This document shows, piece after piece, positions 49,687 to 58,719 of a DNA stretch of 64,000 nt; position 1 is the stretch's first letter, and each line of letters begins with the position of its first letter. The translations under genes were made by a program, and so were the position numbers. The notes beneath the pieces were generated by a model that did no database searches, had not been told where the DNA came from, and saw only the letters and a program-made list of their open reading frames with translations. This stretch comes from Candidatus Geothermocultor quzhuomuensis (GTDB taxonomy: Bacteria; Actinomycetota; Aquicultoria; Geothermocultorales; Geothermocultoraceae): assembly GCA_015711795.1 (NCBI GenBank), contig JACVJC010000003.1, forward strand, positions 44,355 to 108,354, given 5' to 3'.

Positions 49687-50177
49687 AAATTGGGGTAATT
49701 TCCGATACCCACCTCAGAGAGTCAAATTCACCATCAGTTCAGCCTTTAAAAGAAATTCTTAAAAAACACTTCCATGGCGTTGATATGATTCTTCATGCTG
49801 GTGATGTTGGAGATTTAAAGTTTCTTAACTGGCTCAGCTCCATTGCTCCTACTTATGCTGTCTGGGGCAATATGGATTCGTTTGAAGTTAAGCAAGCTTT
49901 ACCTGATAAAAGGGTAATAGAATTAAAAGAGTTTAAAGTTGGTTTGACTCATGGTTGGGGTCCTCCTTGGGGTTTAGCTGAAAGAGTCAGGAGCAAATTT
50001 GATGAAAATATCAATTGTCTGGTCTTTGGCCATTCTCACCAGCCTTTTAATGAGTTTGAAAGGGGGGTTCTCTACTTTAATCCTGGTACTCCTACTGATA
50101 GGCAATTTGCAACAGTTAACACCATTGGTATTTTAACCGTTGAGGAAGGGATTAAGGGAGAAATTATTTACCTATAA
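49683..50177 (+). CDS. YfcE/Vps29-like metallophosphoesterase
   Basis: [11 protein letters not shown]...HAGD...GNMD...GHSH metallophosphatase motifs. 164 aa. Confidence 0.75.
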   Translation: MKIGVISDTHLRESNSPSVQPLKEILKKHFHGVDMILHAGDVGDLKFLNWLSSIAPTYAVWGNMDSFEVKQALPDKRVIELKEFKVGLTHGWGPPWGLAERVRSKFDENINCLVFGHSHQPFNEFERGVLYFNPGTPTDRQFATVNTIGILTVEEGIKGEIIYL

Positions 50178-50441
50178 AAGTATAAAAGCAGTAGCGAGAA
50201 TATAGCCTGCCTGTTGCCTTCCTGTCGGCAGACAGGGCGGACAGGTAGCGAGTAGCGAGAGAAGAGTCCCCTTCCCTCTCCCCTGAGAGAGGGCTGAGGT
50301 GAGCAGATATAGAATTTCATACTTTTTCCTCTCCCTGTCTGCGGTAGGCAGGCTTCTGGGTACTTGACAAGGTGAAGCAAATATGAAATCTTGCACTCTT
50401 CCCCTTTTTAGGGGGAAGAACAAGATGGGGGTAAGTAACCC

Positions 50442-50473
50442 CCATTGTCACTTTCTCGAGAAAGTGACAATGG
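50442..50473. repeat. perfect 32-bp palindrome CCATTGTCACTTTCTC|GAGAAAGTGACAATGG. A related imperfect copy TCACTTTTGCGAGAAAGTGA lies at 50528-50547.
   Basis: Read directly. The reverse complement of the first 16 nt equals the last 16 nt exactly. Sits inside a locally GC-rich structured island in a 670-bp convergent intergenic region. Confidence 0.8.
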
Positions 50474-50848
50474 TTAGAAATTGGTTTGAGGTGTGTTATT
50501 GAAAAACCAAAGCTCAAACCTTCTTTTTCACTTTTGCGAGAAAGTGAGAAAGGGGAAAGTTGGTAATTTTCTGTTTTGGGACATTTTGGGACAAGATTTT
50601 GTGAAAAAAGTAAAAAATTTATTGACAAGGAAGAAAATTGGGGTCAAACCTCGCATCTAATCTGAACAACTCAAATGAAATCTTACTTTCAAATTCACTA
50701 GATTTCTCCCTCAAGGAAGAGGAAAGGTTAGGGGATTGGGTGATTGGAAAGTTAAAATATGAAGAAAAGAAAACAAAAGAGTGAATGTCTTTATTTTGCC
50801 TTGACCTGTTTTGCCTGGAGCTTGCTGGCTTGTAAGCTAATTTGTTGG

Positions 50849-51331
50849 TTAGTTTTCCTGGTCTAGGTAGACTTCCTCGGAGTCAGAGTTGTAGCCAATA
50901 AGCTCAGCGTATCTCCCCCAGTCAATGGTTGTATGGACCAACTCTTCAGCTTCTTCTTCAGGAAGATGGGTTGAGAAAATTTCAACAAAGTACTCTCTGT
51001 CCATTTGTTTATCCTTTTGAGACTTGAGGATGTTAATAATTTCCTTAAAAACTTTTAGCTTTTTAAGCTGCTTCTTAAACAACTTTTTTCTCTGGTTAAC
51101 ATCACTGGCTAAGAAATCTTGGCCAATTTTAGTTAATCTTATGTCACCAGTTGAAACTTCAGTTAGGTTAAGTATTTCAGAAGCGTCAACAATAGGCATA
51201 AAGTCTTCGAGGTCGTATTGGAGTTTCTGAGCTAAATTAGGGAGGTCTTCCTTCCCCTCAGCGTCTTCAAGGAACTCTAAAAGACCAATAATTTCACTTA
51301 CACTAGCCCGCGGTAGCGGTTCAACTTTCAT
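50849..51331 (-). CDS. stand-alone AAA-associated-domain protein (the type of domain usually fused to the C-terminus of NitT/TauT-family ABC ATPases)
   Basis: 160 aa, acidic. Family recalled from memory. Position immediately downstream of the ABC ATPase supports the assignment. Confidence 0.45.
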   Translation of the reverse strand: MKVEPLPRASVSEIIGLLEFLEDAEGKEDLPNLAQKLQYDLEDFMPIVDASEILNLTEVSTGDIRLTKIGQDFLASDVNQRKKLFKKQLKKLKVFKEIINILKSQKDKQMDREYFVEIFSTHLPEEEAEELVHTTIDWGRYAELIGYNSDSEEVYLDQEN

Positions 51332-51351
51332 TCCTTTCTCCCTCCTTAATT

Positions 51352-52113
51352 TTACAATATCATTGAATAAATTTCATCGGTTATTTTCAGGAGCTCTTTG
51401 TCTCTTTTTTCTCTAGGTCTTTTAACCTTTACTGGCACCTCAGCGATAACCTTGCCTGGTCGTTCTGAGATAACCACTATTTTGTCAGCCATATAAACAG
51501 CTTCTTCAATTGAGTGAGTAACCATAACAATACTTTTTAAAGGTAAACTTTTGTCTTGCCATAAATCAATAATTTCCTCCCTTAGGTTTTCAGCTGTTAA
51601 AACATCCAGAGCAGCAAAAGGCTCATCCATGAGTAAAAGCTCAGGCTCAACCACTAAGGCTCTAGCCAAGCCAACCCTTTGTTTTGTTCCTCGGGAAAGC
51701 TCACGGGGATAAGCTTCTTCAAATCCTTCTAAACCCACTTTGTCAATATACTTTTCTGCTTTGGTAATTGCTTCTTCATATGGAACACCTCTAGCTTCTA
51801 GGCCAACGCAAATGTTTTGAAGGACTGTTAGCCAAGGTAATAGGGCAAAAGTTTGAAAAATAAGGGCAGTTTTGAGGTTTATCCCTTTAACTTCTTCACC
51901 TCTATAAAGAATCTTTCCACTGGTTGACGCATCTATCCCAGCAATTATTCTTAGGAGAGTGCTTTTTCCACAATCAGTTGGACCTACTAAGCAGACAAAC
52001 TCACCTTCTTTTACTTCAAATGTAATGTCTTTAATAACAATGATTTTTTTAAACTCTTCCATATACCATTTACCAACATGCTTGACTTCAAGCAAAGGCT
52101 TTTTCCTCTTCAT
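51352..52113 (-). CDS. ABC transporter ATP-binding protein (NitT/TauT/SsuB-like)
   Basis: Walker A GPTDCGKST, signature LSRGTKQRV, Walker B LLLMDEPF. Confidence 0.85.
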   Translation of the reverse strand: MKRKKPLLEVKHVGKWYMEEFKKIIVIKDITFEVKEGEFVCLVGPTDCGKSTLLRIIAGIDASTSGKILYRGEEVKGINLKTALIFQTFALLPWLTVLQNICVGLEARGVPYEEAITKAEKYIDKVGLEGFEEAYPRELSRGTKQRVGLARALVVEPELLLMDEPFAALDVLTAENLREEIIDLWQDKSLPLKSIVMVTHSIEEAVYMADKIVVISERPGKVIAEVPVKVKRPREKRDKELLKITDEIYSMIL

Positions 52114-52115
52114 CT

Positions 52116-53756
52116 TTAAGCTAGAACCTCCAGGGAAAATCGATTAGCCCCTAAGTTGTAAAGTTTTTGCCAAACTAGCTTGTTAAGCAAGATAATCGTT
52201 AAGATAAGAGAAGCCAAACAAAGAAAAATCATCAAAGAATTCCCCTTTTCATAAGTAGCAATATCCAGAAAAGGACCAATTCCGAAGACTGAATGAACTT
52301 TATCATTAAAAACAACATATTCTGAAACTACTAAGGCATTCCAAGCACCGCCCCATCCGCTCAAGCTTCCTGTGATTAAAGAAAGGAAAGAAGCAGGTAA
52401 AATCACTTTTCTAATGTAAAACCACTTGGAAGCCCCAAAAGCTAGGACAGATTCCTTTAATTCCTCAGGGATAGTTCTAACCCCAACGATAAGGTTAAAA
52501 AGGACATACCACTGCATCCCAGTAAAGACTATGAGAAAAGAAGCTAAGTTCATCCCCCCAATCAAGTAGCGATTGACTAAAACAACAATGAAAGGAAAAA
52601 GAGCAGTGGCTGGAATAGCAGCTAGGATTTGAATTAAAGGCACTGTCCAAGCAAGACAAATCAGATAGGCGATTAAGAGGCGGAGAAAAGAGACTAAGAT
52701 ACTAAAAGGAATAAGTTTAGCCTCTCGAGGAATGGGATGAGAAAGGAGCTTAATCAAACTTTCCAGTGACCACCAAACTAAATAAATCCCTAAAAAAATA
52801 AGGGAAATGTATAACCCATAAAGAGCTACATTGCTTACCGTGATGACTATTTTACTTTCTTTTAAGTTAGAAAAGGCCTTTCGAAATGGCTTACTTTTTT
52901 TTTCAAGTAGTTTTAAGGTTTTAATCCAAAGGATGTTAACCTTTAAGGAAAATAAAAGATCTTTTAAAGAAGAGAGCCAAAAACTTTTGGGAGTGGTTTC
53001 GCCCTGGGGTATCATTTGATAAGTAAATTTATTTGCCCAAACTGAGAGAGGATGCCAAAGAAATATATCCATCAAGACAATGATAAAAACGAGAATACTA
53101 AAGGCAAGGAGAGTAAGGTCATAACGCCCCTTATCGGAGCTGTAAAACAAAAAGCTTCCAATACCAGGAAGGTAATACCTTTTGGCACCAATAGCAATAA
53201 TCTCACAAGCCATAAGGAAGTACCAACCGGTAGCCCATGAAACCATAGAATTATAAATTAATTTGGGGATACAGGCAGGGAAAAGAATCCTTTTAAACTT
53301 GAGCCACTTATTAATGTTGTAAGCAGCTGCTGCTCGCTGAATATCTTTAGGAATAGTGATGAGCGATTCGTAGATTCCAAAAGCCATGTTCCAAGCTTGA
53401 GAAGTAAAGATGAGAAAAATAGAGGCCAATTCAATTCTAATACGCTCCCCTTGAAAGAGAGAGATGAAAAAGAGCAAAGCGACTGGGAAAAACCCAACTA
53501 CAGGAACGGATTGAAGGATATCAATCGTCGGCAAGAGGAGCTTTTCTGCCCATTTCCTGGAAGCAGCAGTAAAACCGCAAACAATAGCAAAAGCTAAAGA
53601 AAAAAAATAAGCTATGCTCATTCGGAAAAAAGAAAAAAGGGTATCACGAGGCAGAGTCTTTCCTTCAATTGAGAGAAGGGAGACAAGCTCTTTAACTAAA
53701 ATGGCAATAAGCCCAAAGAATATAATTAACCCAACCCACTTTACAAGCGTTTTCAT
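52116..53756 (-). CDS. ABC transporter permease, duplicated (two fused NitT/TauT-type transmembrane domains)
   Basis: 546 aa with two blocks of about 6 TM helices. The second half contains the EAA-like loop region. Confidence 0.7.
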   Translation of the reverse strand: MKTLVKWVGLIIFFGLIAILVKELVSLLSIEGKTLPRDTLFSFFRMSIAYFFSLAFAIVCGFTAASRKWAEKLLLPTIDILQSVPVVGFFPVALLFFISLFQGERIRIELASIFLIFTSQAWNMAFGIYESLITIPKDIQRAAAAYNINKWLKFKRILFPACIPKLIYNSMVSWATGWYFLMACEIIAIGAKRYYLPGIGSFLFYSSDKGRYDLTLLAFSILVFIIVLMDIFLWHPLSVWANKFTYQMIPQGETTPKSFWLSSLKDLLFSLKVNILWIKTLKLLEKKSKPFRKAFSNLKESKIVITVSNVALYGLYISLIFLGIYLVWWSLESLIKLLSHPIPREAKLIPFSILVSFLRLLIAYLICLAWTVPLIQILAAIPATALFPFIVVLVNRYLIGGMNLASFLIVFTGMQWYVLFNLIVGVRTIPEELKESVLAFGASKWFYIRKVILPASFLSLITGSLSGWGGAWNALVVSEYVVFNDKVHSVFGIGPFLDIATYEKGNSLMIFLCLASLILTIILLNKLVWQKLYNLGANRFSLEVLA

Positions 53757-54037
53757 TTTTTACCTGAAAAAGACTTTACTTTAAAACTTTTATTATTTTA
53801 CCTTTTGGTAGAGGGGGAGAAAAGAAAAATTTATTTTTCTCAGGCTTGACAAAGGTATTAAAACTCATCAAGAAGTGAAATGTAAAAACGACTGTCAAAT
53901 TGCGAAGTTAAAAGTTTTGAAAGCCAGGATGATACTGTTTTATACCATATTATAACTTTCAATCAGTGAAAAATTAAACTTTTCTTTTAGTAGTTTAAAG
54001 ATTATAATGTTTTCAGATAATATAATTTAAAAAGTAA

Positions 54038-54496
54038 ATGGAGGTGGAAAAATTGGACGAGCCCCGAGAACCTTCTGAAGGTAAGGAAGGAAAGGAACTA
54101 GAAGAAGGGGAGGCAAGGGTATATGCGAGGGAAGCATCAACACTCGAACCACATATGGCAGCTGCTTTGTGCTACTCTTTAGGTTGGTTAAGTGCTTTAA
54201 TTATCTTCTTTGTTGAAAAAAGAAGCCGCTATGTGAAATTTCATGCAATCCAAGCTCTTCTCTGGAGTGTAGGAGCTTTAATTGTCTGGTTAATCTTAGG
54301 AATTTTGTGGGTTGTCCTTGTTCCCCTTGGAGTCGCCAATTTTTTCTTTAAGATAATTGGAATGATTATAATGGTAACTTTTTTTGGTTGGGGCATAGGC
54401 AATGTTTATATGTGGTTAATTTTAATGTTCAAGGCTTATAAGGGAGAATGGCATAAGATTCCTATTTTAGGTGACAAGGCAGAAGAAATTGCTTAG
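54038..54496 (+). CDS. DUF4870 (YteJ-like) membrane protein with acidic N-terminal extension
   Basis: HMAAALCYSLGWLSALIIFFVEKRSRYVKFHAIQAL is the DUF4870 signature. Third paralogue in the window. Confidence 0.55.
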   Translation: MEVEKLDEPREPSEGKEGKELEEGEARVYAREASTLEPHMAAALCYSLGWLSALIIFFVEKRSRYVKFHAIQALLWSVGALIVWLILGILWVVLVPLGVANFFFKIIGMIIMVTFFGWGIGNVYMWLILMFKAYKGEWHKIPILGDKAEEIA

Positions 54497-55542
54497 ATAT
54501 TTTGTTTGATTTCCCCCTTATTTTCAAGACCATTAACGGCGAAGATTTCCCCCTTAGAGTTAACAACAAGAGCTTTAATTTTATTTTCTTTTAAAAATTT
54601 CATCCCCTGATGATATCCTTGGGCAAAAACAGCGGTTGAGAGAATATCGGATAAAGCACATGAATCTTTAGTCAAAATTGAAACACTCATAAAGCCCTTG
54701 GATGGTTTGCCTTCTTTGGGATTTAAAATATGGTGATAGCGCTTCCCCCCTTTAATAAAAAATTTTTGATAGTCACCAGAGGTGGAAATACAATCCCCGT
54801 CAGAAAGGTTTAAGGTAGCGATAATTCCTCCTTTCTCTCGAGGATTTTCTATTCCTACACGCCAAGGCAACCCATTGGGCTTTTTACCAATAACTTTAGT
54901 GGAACTCCCCGCAGTTACAAGGGCGTTTTTAATTCCATTCTTTTTTAAAGCTTCAATAGCTAAGTCAACAGCATATCCTTTAGCTACTCCTCCTAAATCA
55001 ACTTTTACCATACCGTTTAATTTGATAATCTTTCCTTTCTTTTCGAGCAAAATTTTTTCGAAGCCAATTGAATGAAGAGCAGTCAATAACTCTCGAGAGC
55101 TTGGTATTCGTCCCTGATGAGCAAAGCCCCACAAATCCATTAACTTCCCAATACTAATGTCAAAATAACCATTGGTTTTTTTAGCATATTTTTGAGAAAG
55201 AGAAACTATTTCCCAAAGTTCCTTTGAAGCTTTGATTTTTCTCGTTCGATTAAGTTTGGAGAGCTCGCTTTGAGCATCAAAATAATTTAGTTTTTTCTCA
55301 ACCTCTTTCATCCTTAAAAAAGCTTTCTCAATAGACTCTTCTGCCTCTTTCCTATCACGATCAAAGACTTTAATAGTTACCAAAGTATCCAAAAGGAATC
55401 TCTCTTTAGTAACCGGTCTCCTTGAAATTGAGAGTTGATTGGAGAAATAAAAAAGAAAGGTCAAAAAGAGAAAAAAGCAAATTCCTACCAAAGTATTTCT
55501 GATTTTTTTCATAAGTTTTTTCATAAGATTTCTCGAAGCCAA
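54493..55542 (-). CDS. apbE: FAD:protein FMN transferase (ApbE family), lipoprotein/secreted
   Basis: DLGGVAKGYAVD ApbE motif. N-terminal hydrophobic anchor. Confidence 0.8.
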   Translation of the reverse strand: MASRNLMKKLMKKIRNTLVGICFFLFLTFLFYFSNQLSISRRPVTKERFLLDTLVTIKVFDRDRKEAEESIEKAFLRMKEVEKKLNYFDAQSELSKLNRTRKIKASKELWEIVSLSQKYAKKTNGYFDISIGKLMDLWGFAHQGRIPSSRELLTALHSIGFEKILLEKKGKIIKLNGMVKVDLGGVAKGYAVDLAIEALKKNGIKNALVTAGSSTKVIGKKPNGLPWRVGIENPREKGGIIATLNLSDGDCISTSGDYQKFFIKGGKRYHHILNPKEGKPSKGFMSVSILTKDSCALSDILSTAVFAQGYHQGMKFLKENKIKALVVNSKGEIFAVNGLENKGEIKQNI

Positions 55543-55611
55543 CTTTCATAGTATAATAGCATTTGTCAAAGTAAGAAGGTAGTTAGATTCTTTAAGTCAC
55601 TTGGGGGGGAA

Positions 55612-56574
55612 ATGACAACAGTAGGAATTCCTCGAGGTCTTTTATATTACAAATACTATCCCCTTTGGAGCACCTTTTTAGAAAACCTCGGCATTCAAGT
55701 GGTTACTTCCCCTTCAACAAACAAAAAAATTTTCTTAAGGGGATTGAATACAGCTGAATCGGAAGTCTGCTTACCAGTTAAAGTTTTCTATGGTCATGTT
55801 CTAGAGTTAAAAGATCAAGTTGACTTCCTTTTTATTCCGCGGATTGTAAGTGTTGAAGGGAAGGCTTATACTTGCCCTAAATTCTTAGGCCTACCCGATA
55901 TGATTAAAGCAGTAGAAAATACTCTCCCCCCCATTTTAAATCCTACCTTTAATGCCAAGAAAGGCATAAGGGAATATTACCTGACCTTTTACAATTTGGG
56001 TCGAAAATTTACTCAAAATTCAATTAAGATTGCTCAAGCTTTTCTGAAAGCAAGGAAAGCTCAGAGTACATTTAATAGGAACCTTCTAAAAGGGGAACTT
56101 CTTTCAGATATTTTAGAGGGGGGGAAAGCCCCAAATCAAGATAACTGGAGTGGTTTGCGAGTTGGCTTAGCTGGGCACCCTTATAACATTTTTGATTCTT
56201 ATGTTAGTTTAAATTTAATAAAAAAACTAAAGGAGAAAGAGGTCAAGATAGTTACAGGAGAATCAGTACCTCACCGAAGGATTGAGAAGGAAACCAAGCA
56301 CTTACCCAAAAAACTTTTTTGGACCTACGAAAAAGAGGTTGTTGGGTCTATTCTTTACTGGTTAAAAGAAAAGGTAGTTGACGGGATAGTTTATTTACTT
56401 TCTTTTGCCTGTGGCCCTGACTCACTAATTCAAGTTTTAATTGAAGATGAAAGTAAAAAGTTTGGTATGCCCTTAATGCCTTTGACAATAGATGAGCACA
56501 GTGGAGAAGCAGGCCTGGTAACTCGTCTTGAAGCCTTTTTAGATATGCTAGCAAGGAGAAAGAGGAGAAAGTGA
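55612..56574 (+). CDS. CoA-enzyme-activase-associated protein, DUF2229-like (first of two)
   Basis: VGIPRGLLYYKYYPLWSTFLENLGIQVVTSP...SEVCLPVKVFYGHV...VDFLFIPRIV matches the remembered DUF2229 N-terminal pattern. Confidence 0.5.
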   Translation: MTTVGIPRGLLYYKYYPLWSTFLENLGIQVVTSPSTNKKIFLRGLNTAESEVCLPVKVFYGHVLELKDQVDFLFIPRIVSVEGKAYTCPKFLGLPDMIKAVENTLPPILNPTFNAKKGIREYYLTFYNLGRKFTQNSIKIAQAFLKARKAQSTFNRNLLKGELLSDILEGGKAPNQDNWSGLRVGLAGHPYNIFDSYVSLNLIKKLKEKEVKIVTGESVPHRRIEKETKHLPKKLFWTYEKEVVGSILYWLKEKVVDGIVYLLSFACGPDSLIQVLIEDESKKFGMPLMPLTIDEHSGEAGLVTRLEAFLDMLARRKRRK

Positions 56575-57722
56575 AAATAACCTTTCCTCATATGGGGCAT
56601 ATTGAATTTCTCTTAAAAGATTTATTTACCCGCCTTGATGTTGATTTTATCATTCCTCCTCCAAATTCAACTGAGACAATAAAGCTGGGAGTAAGACACG
56701 CTCCTGAACTTGCCTGCTATCCCTTGAAAGTCACTCTTGGTAATTTCATTGAAGGACTTGAAAAAGGTGCAGATACCTTAATTATGGCTGGCGGAGTTGG
56801 GCCTTGTCGCTTTGGTTATTACGCTGAGACTCAAAGGAGAATTCTTAAACAATTAGGGTATAGTTTTGAAATGATACGAGTTGAACCTCCAGCTGCTCAC
56901 CCTATTCAGTTTATTAAATCATTTAAAAGAGTTGCTCCGAAGAAAAAAATTCGGGAAATCTGGAAGGCAATTAAGGTTTCTTTTTCCAAAGCTCAAGTAA
57001 TGGACTTTATTGAAAAAAAAGTTTTAGCTATTAGACCCTTTGAAGTAAATAAAGGCGAGACAACAAAAACCAAGAAGAAAGCAATTAAACTTCTTGATCA
57101 AGCTTTCTTAGAAAGTGAGATTGAAAAAGCAAAGGAAGAAGCGCTTAATCTTTTAGATTCAATCCCTCAAGATAAAGAAAAACCATTTTTAAAAATAGGG
57201 CTAGTTGGAGAATTCTATCTCTTGCTTGAACCCTTTGTTAACTTCGATCTAGAAGAACTCCTTGGCAATATGGATATCTATCTTGAGCGAGGAGTATATT
57301 TAACCGATTGGATTGGCCCCTCCAGTAAAAATCCAGTTATGGGAGTGAGTAATGAAGAAATAGCCCAAGCAGCTTTCCCTTACCTTTCTCACTTCGTAGG
57401 AGGGGAGGGTAGACAAACAGTTGGCCATACCATAATCTTTGCTTACCAAGGTTTTGATGGAGTCATTCACTTGATGCCCTTTACTTGTATGCCCGAACTC
57501 ATCGCCAAGAGTATCTTACCTAAGATAAGTCAAGATTTAGATTTTCCCATTTTAACTTTAGTTTTTGATGAGCAAACGGGTAAAGCTGGTTTAATAACGC
57601 GAATTGAAGCCTTTGTTGAACTTTTAATAAGCCGTCGCCGTAAGGGGCTTTCTCCGAAAAGACTTATCAAAATAGCTTATCGGGGAGATTCACTTGAACT
57701 TACAGGATGGAAAAGAAGATGA
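56571..57722 (+). CDS. CoA-enzyme-activase-associated protein, second DUF2229-like / dehydratase-like subunit
   Basis: ITFPHMGHIEFLLKDLF...APELACYPLKVTLGNF...GGVGPCRFGYYAE parallels the preceding gene. 4-nt overlaps on both sides indicate translational coupling. Confidence 0.45.
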   Translation: MKITFPHMGHIEFLLKDLFTRLDVDFIIPPPNSTETIKLGVRHAPELACYPLKVTLGNFIEGLEKGADTLIMAGGVGPCRFGYYAETQRRILKQLGYSFEMIRVEPPAAHPIQFIKSFKRVAPKKKIREIWKAIKVSFSKAQVMDFIEKKVLAIRPFEVNKGETTKTKKKAIKLLDQAFLESEIEKAKEEALNLLDSIPQDKEKPFLKIGLVGEFYLLLEPFVNFDLEELLGNMDIYLERGVYLTDWIGPSSKNPVMGVSNEEIAQAAFPYLSHFVGGEGRQTVGHTIIFAYQGFDGVIHLMPFTCMPELIAKSILPKISQDLDFPILTLVFDEQTGKAGLITRIEAFVELLISRRRKGLSPKRLIKIAYRGDSLELTGWKRR

Positions 57723-58711
57723 AAAGACTAAAGGGTTATCTTGGAGTTGATGTTGGCTCAGTCAGCACTAATTTAGTCGCTTTATCCGAGGAAGGGGAGG
57801 TAATTTCCTATGTTTATCGCCGAACTCAAGGTCAACCTATTCAAGCAGTTCAAGACGGTTTAGCTGAGCTAAGAGCTCAATTACCTTGCGAAATAGAAGT
57901 TAAAGGGGTAGGAACAACTGGAAGTGCTCGTTATTTAAGTGGTGTCATTGTTGGTGCCGATATTGTTAAGAATGAAATTACAGCCCATGCAGTTGCTGCT
58001 ATGCATGTGATTCCCGAGGTAAGAACTGTTTTTGAAATTGGAGGGCAGGATTCCAAAATAATAATAATAAGAGATGGCATTGTGGTCGATTTTGCTATGA
58101 ATACTGTTTGTGCGGCTGGTACTGGTTCCTTCTTAGACCATCAAGCAACTCGTTTGGGAATTCCAATTGAAAAATTTGGGGAAATAGCCTTAAGAGCAAA
58201 GAAAGGAGCTCAAATAGCTGGTCGTTGCACTGTGTTTGCTGAATCAGATATGATTCATAAGCAACAAATTGGTTATCCAGTCGAAGAAATTGTCTATGGC
58301 TTGTGTGAAGCTCTAGTTCGGAATTACCTTAATAATTTAGGTAAGGGTAAAGACCTTTTACCTCCCATTGTTTTTCAGGGAGGGGTAGCAGCTAATGAGG
58401 GAATTAAGCGAGCCTTTGAAGAAGCTTTAAACGGGGAGGTAATTGTTCCAAAATATCATCATGTTATGGGAGCAATTGGAGCGGCTCTTTTAGCTCAAGA
58501 AGCAACTGATGATGGAGAAATCTCCAATTTTAAGGGCTTTGAAGTATCTCAAATTGATTACGAAACATCTAGCTTTTTCTGTGGTGGCTGTGCTAACAAT
58601 TGTGAAATTGTCAAGATACAAGTGGACGGAGAAGTTTTAGCCCGTTGGGGAGGAAGATGCGGAAAGTGGGAAGTTGATGGTATTGGTAAGCGAAAGGCTC
58701 TTCTCTTCTAA
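57707..58711 (+). CDS. BadF/BadG/BcrA/BcrD-type ATPase (CoA-substrate-specific enzyme activase, HgdC-like)
   Basis: LGVDVGSVSTNLVAL... acetate/sugar-kinase fold. Cluster-bridging Cys (AAGTGSF, ...TVCAAG). C-terminal FFCGGCANNCE tail. Confidence 0.75.
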   Translation: MEKKMKRLKGYLGVDVGSVSTNLVALSEEGEVISYVYRRTQGQPIQAVQDGLAELRAQLPCEIEVKGVGTTGSARYLSGVIVGADIVKNEITAHAVAAMHVIPEVRTVFEIGGQDSKIIIIRDGIVVDFAMNTVCAAGTGSFLDHQATRLGIPIEKFGEIALRAKKGAQIAGRCTVFAESDMIHKQQIGYPVEEIVYGLCEALVRNYLNNLGKGKDLLPPIVFQGGVAANEGIKRAFEEALNGEVIVPKYHHVMGAIGAALLAQEATDDGEISNFKGFEVSQIDYETSSFFCGGCANNCEIVKIQVDGEVLARWGGRCGKWEVDGIGKRKALLF

Positions 58712-58719
58712 ATTCCCAA

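Noticed and set aside
50168-50628. Three overlapping minus-strand ORFs (70, 83, 103 aa) in the GC-rich intergenic island
   Set aside because: They overlap one another in different frames. They have Arg/Gly/Pro-rich composition driven by the GC-rich palindromes. They lack RBS context and sit between convergent genes. They are most likely artefacts of the structured DNA rather than genes.
50178-50848. Possible CRISPR array because of repeated palindromic units
   Set aside because: Only two related copies of the TCAC...GTGA element exist, with irregular spacing. There is no regular repeat-spacer periodicity, no leader and no cas genes anywhere in the window.
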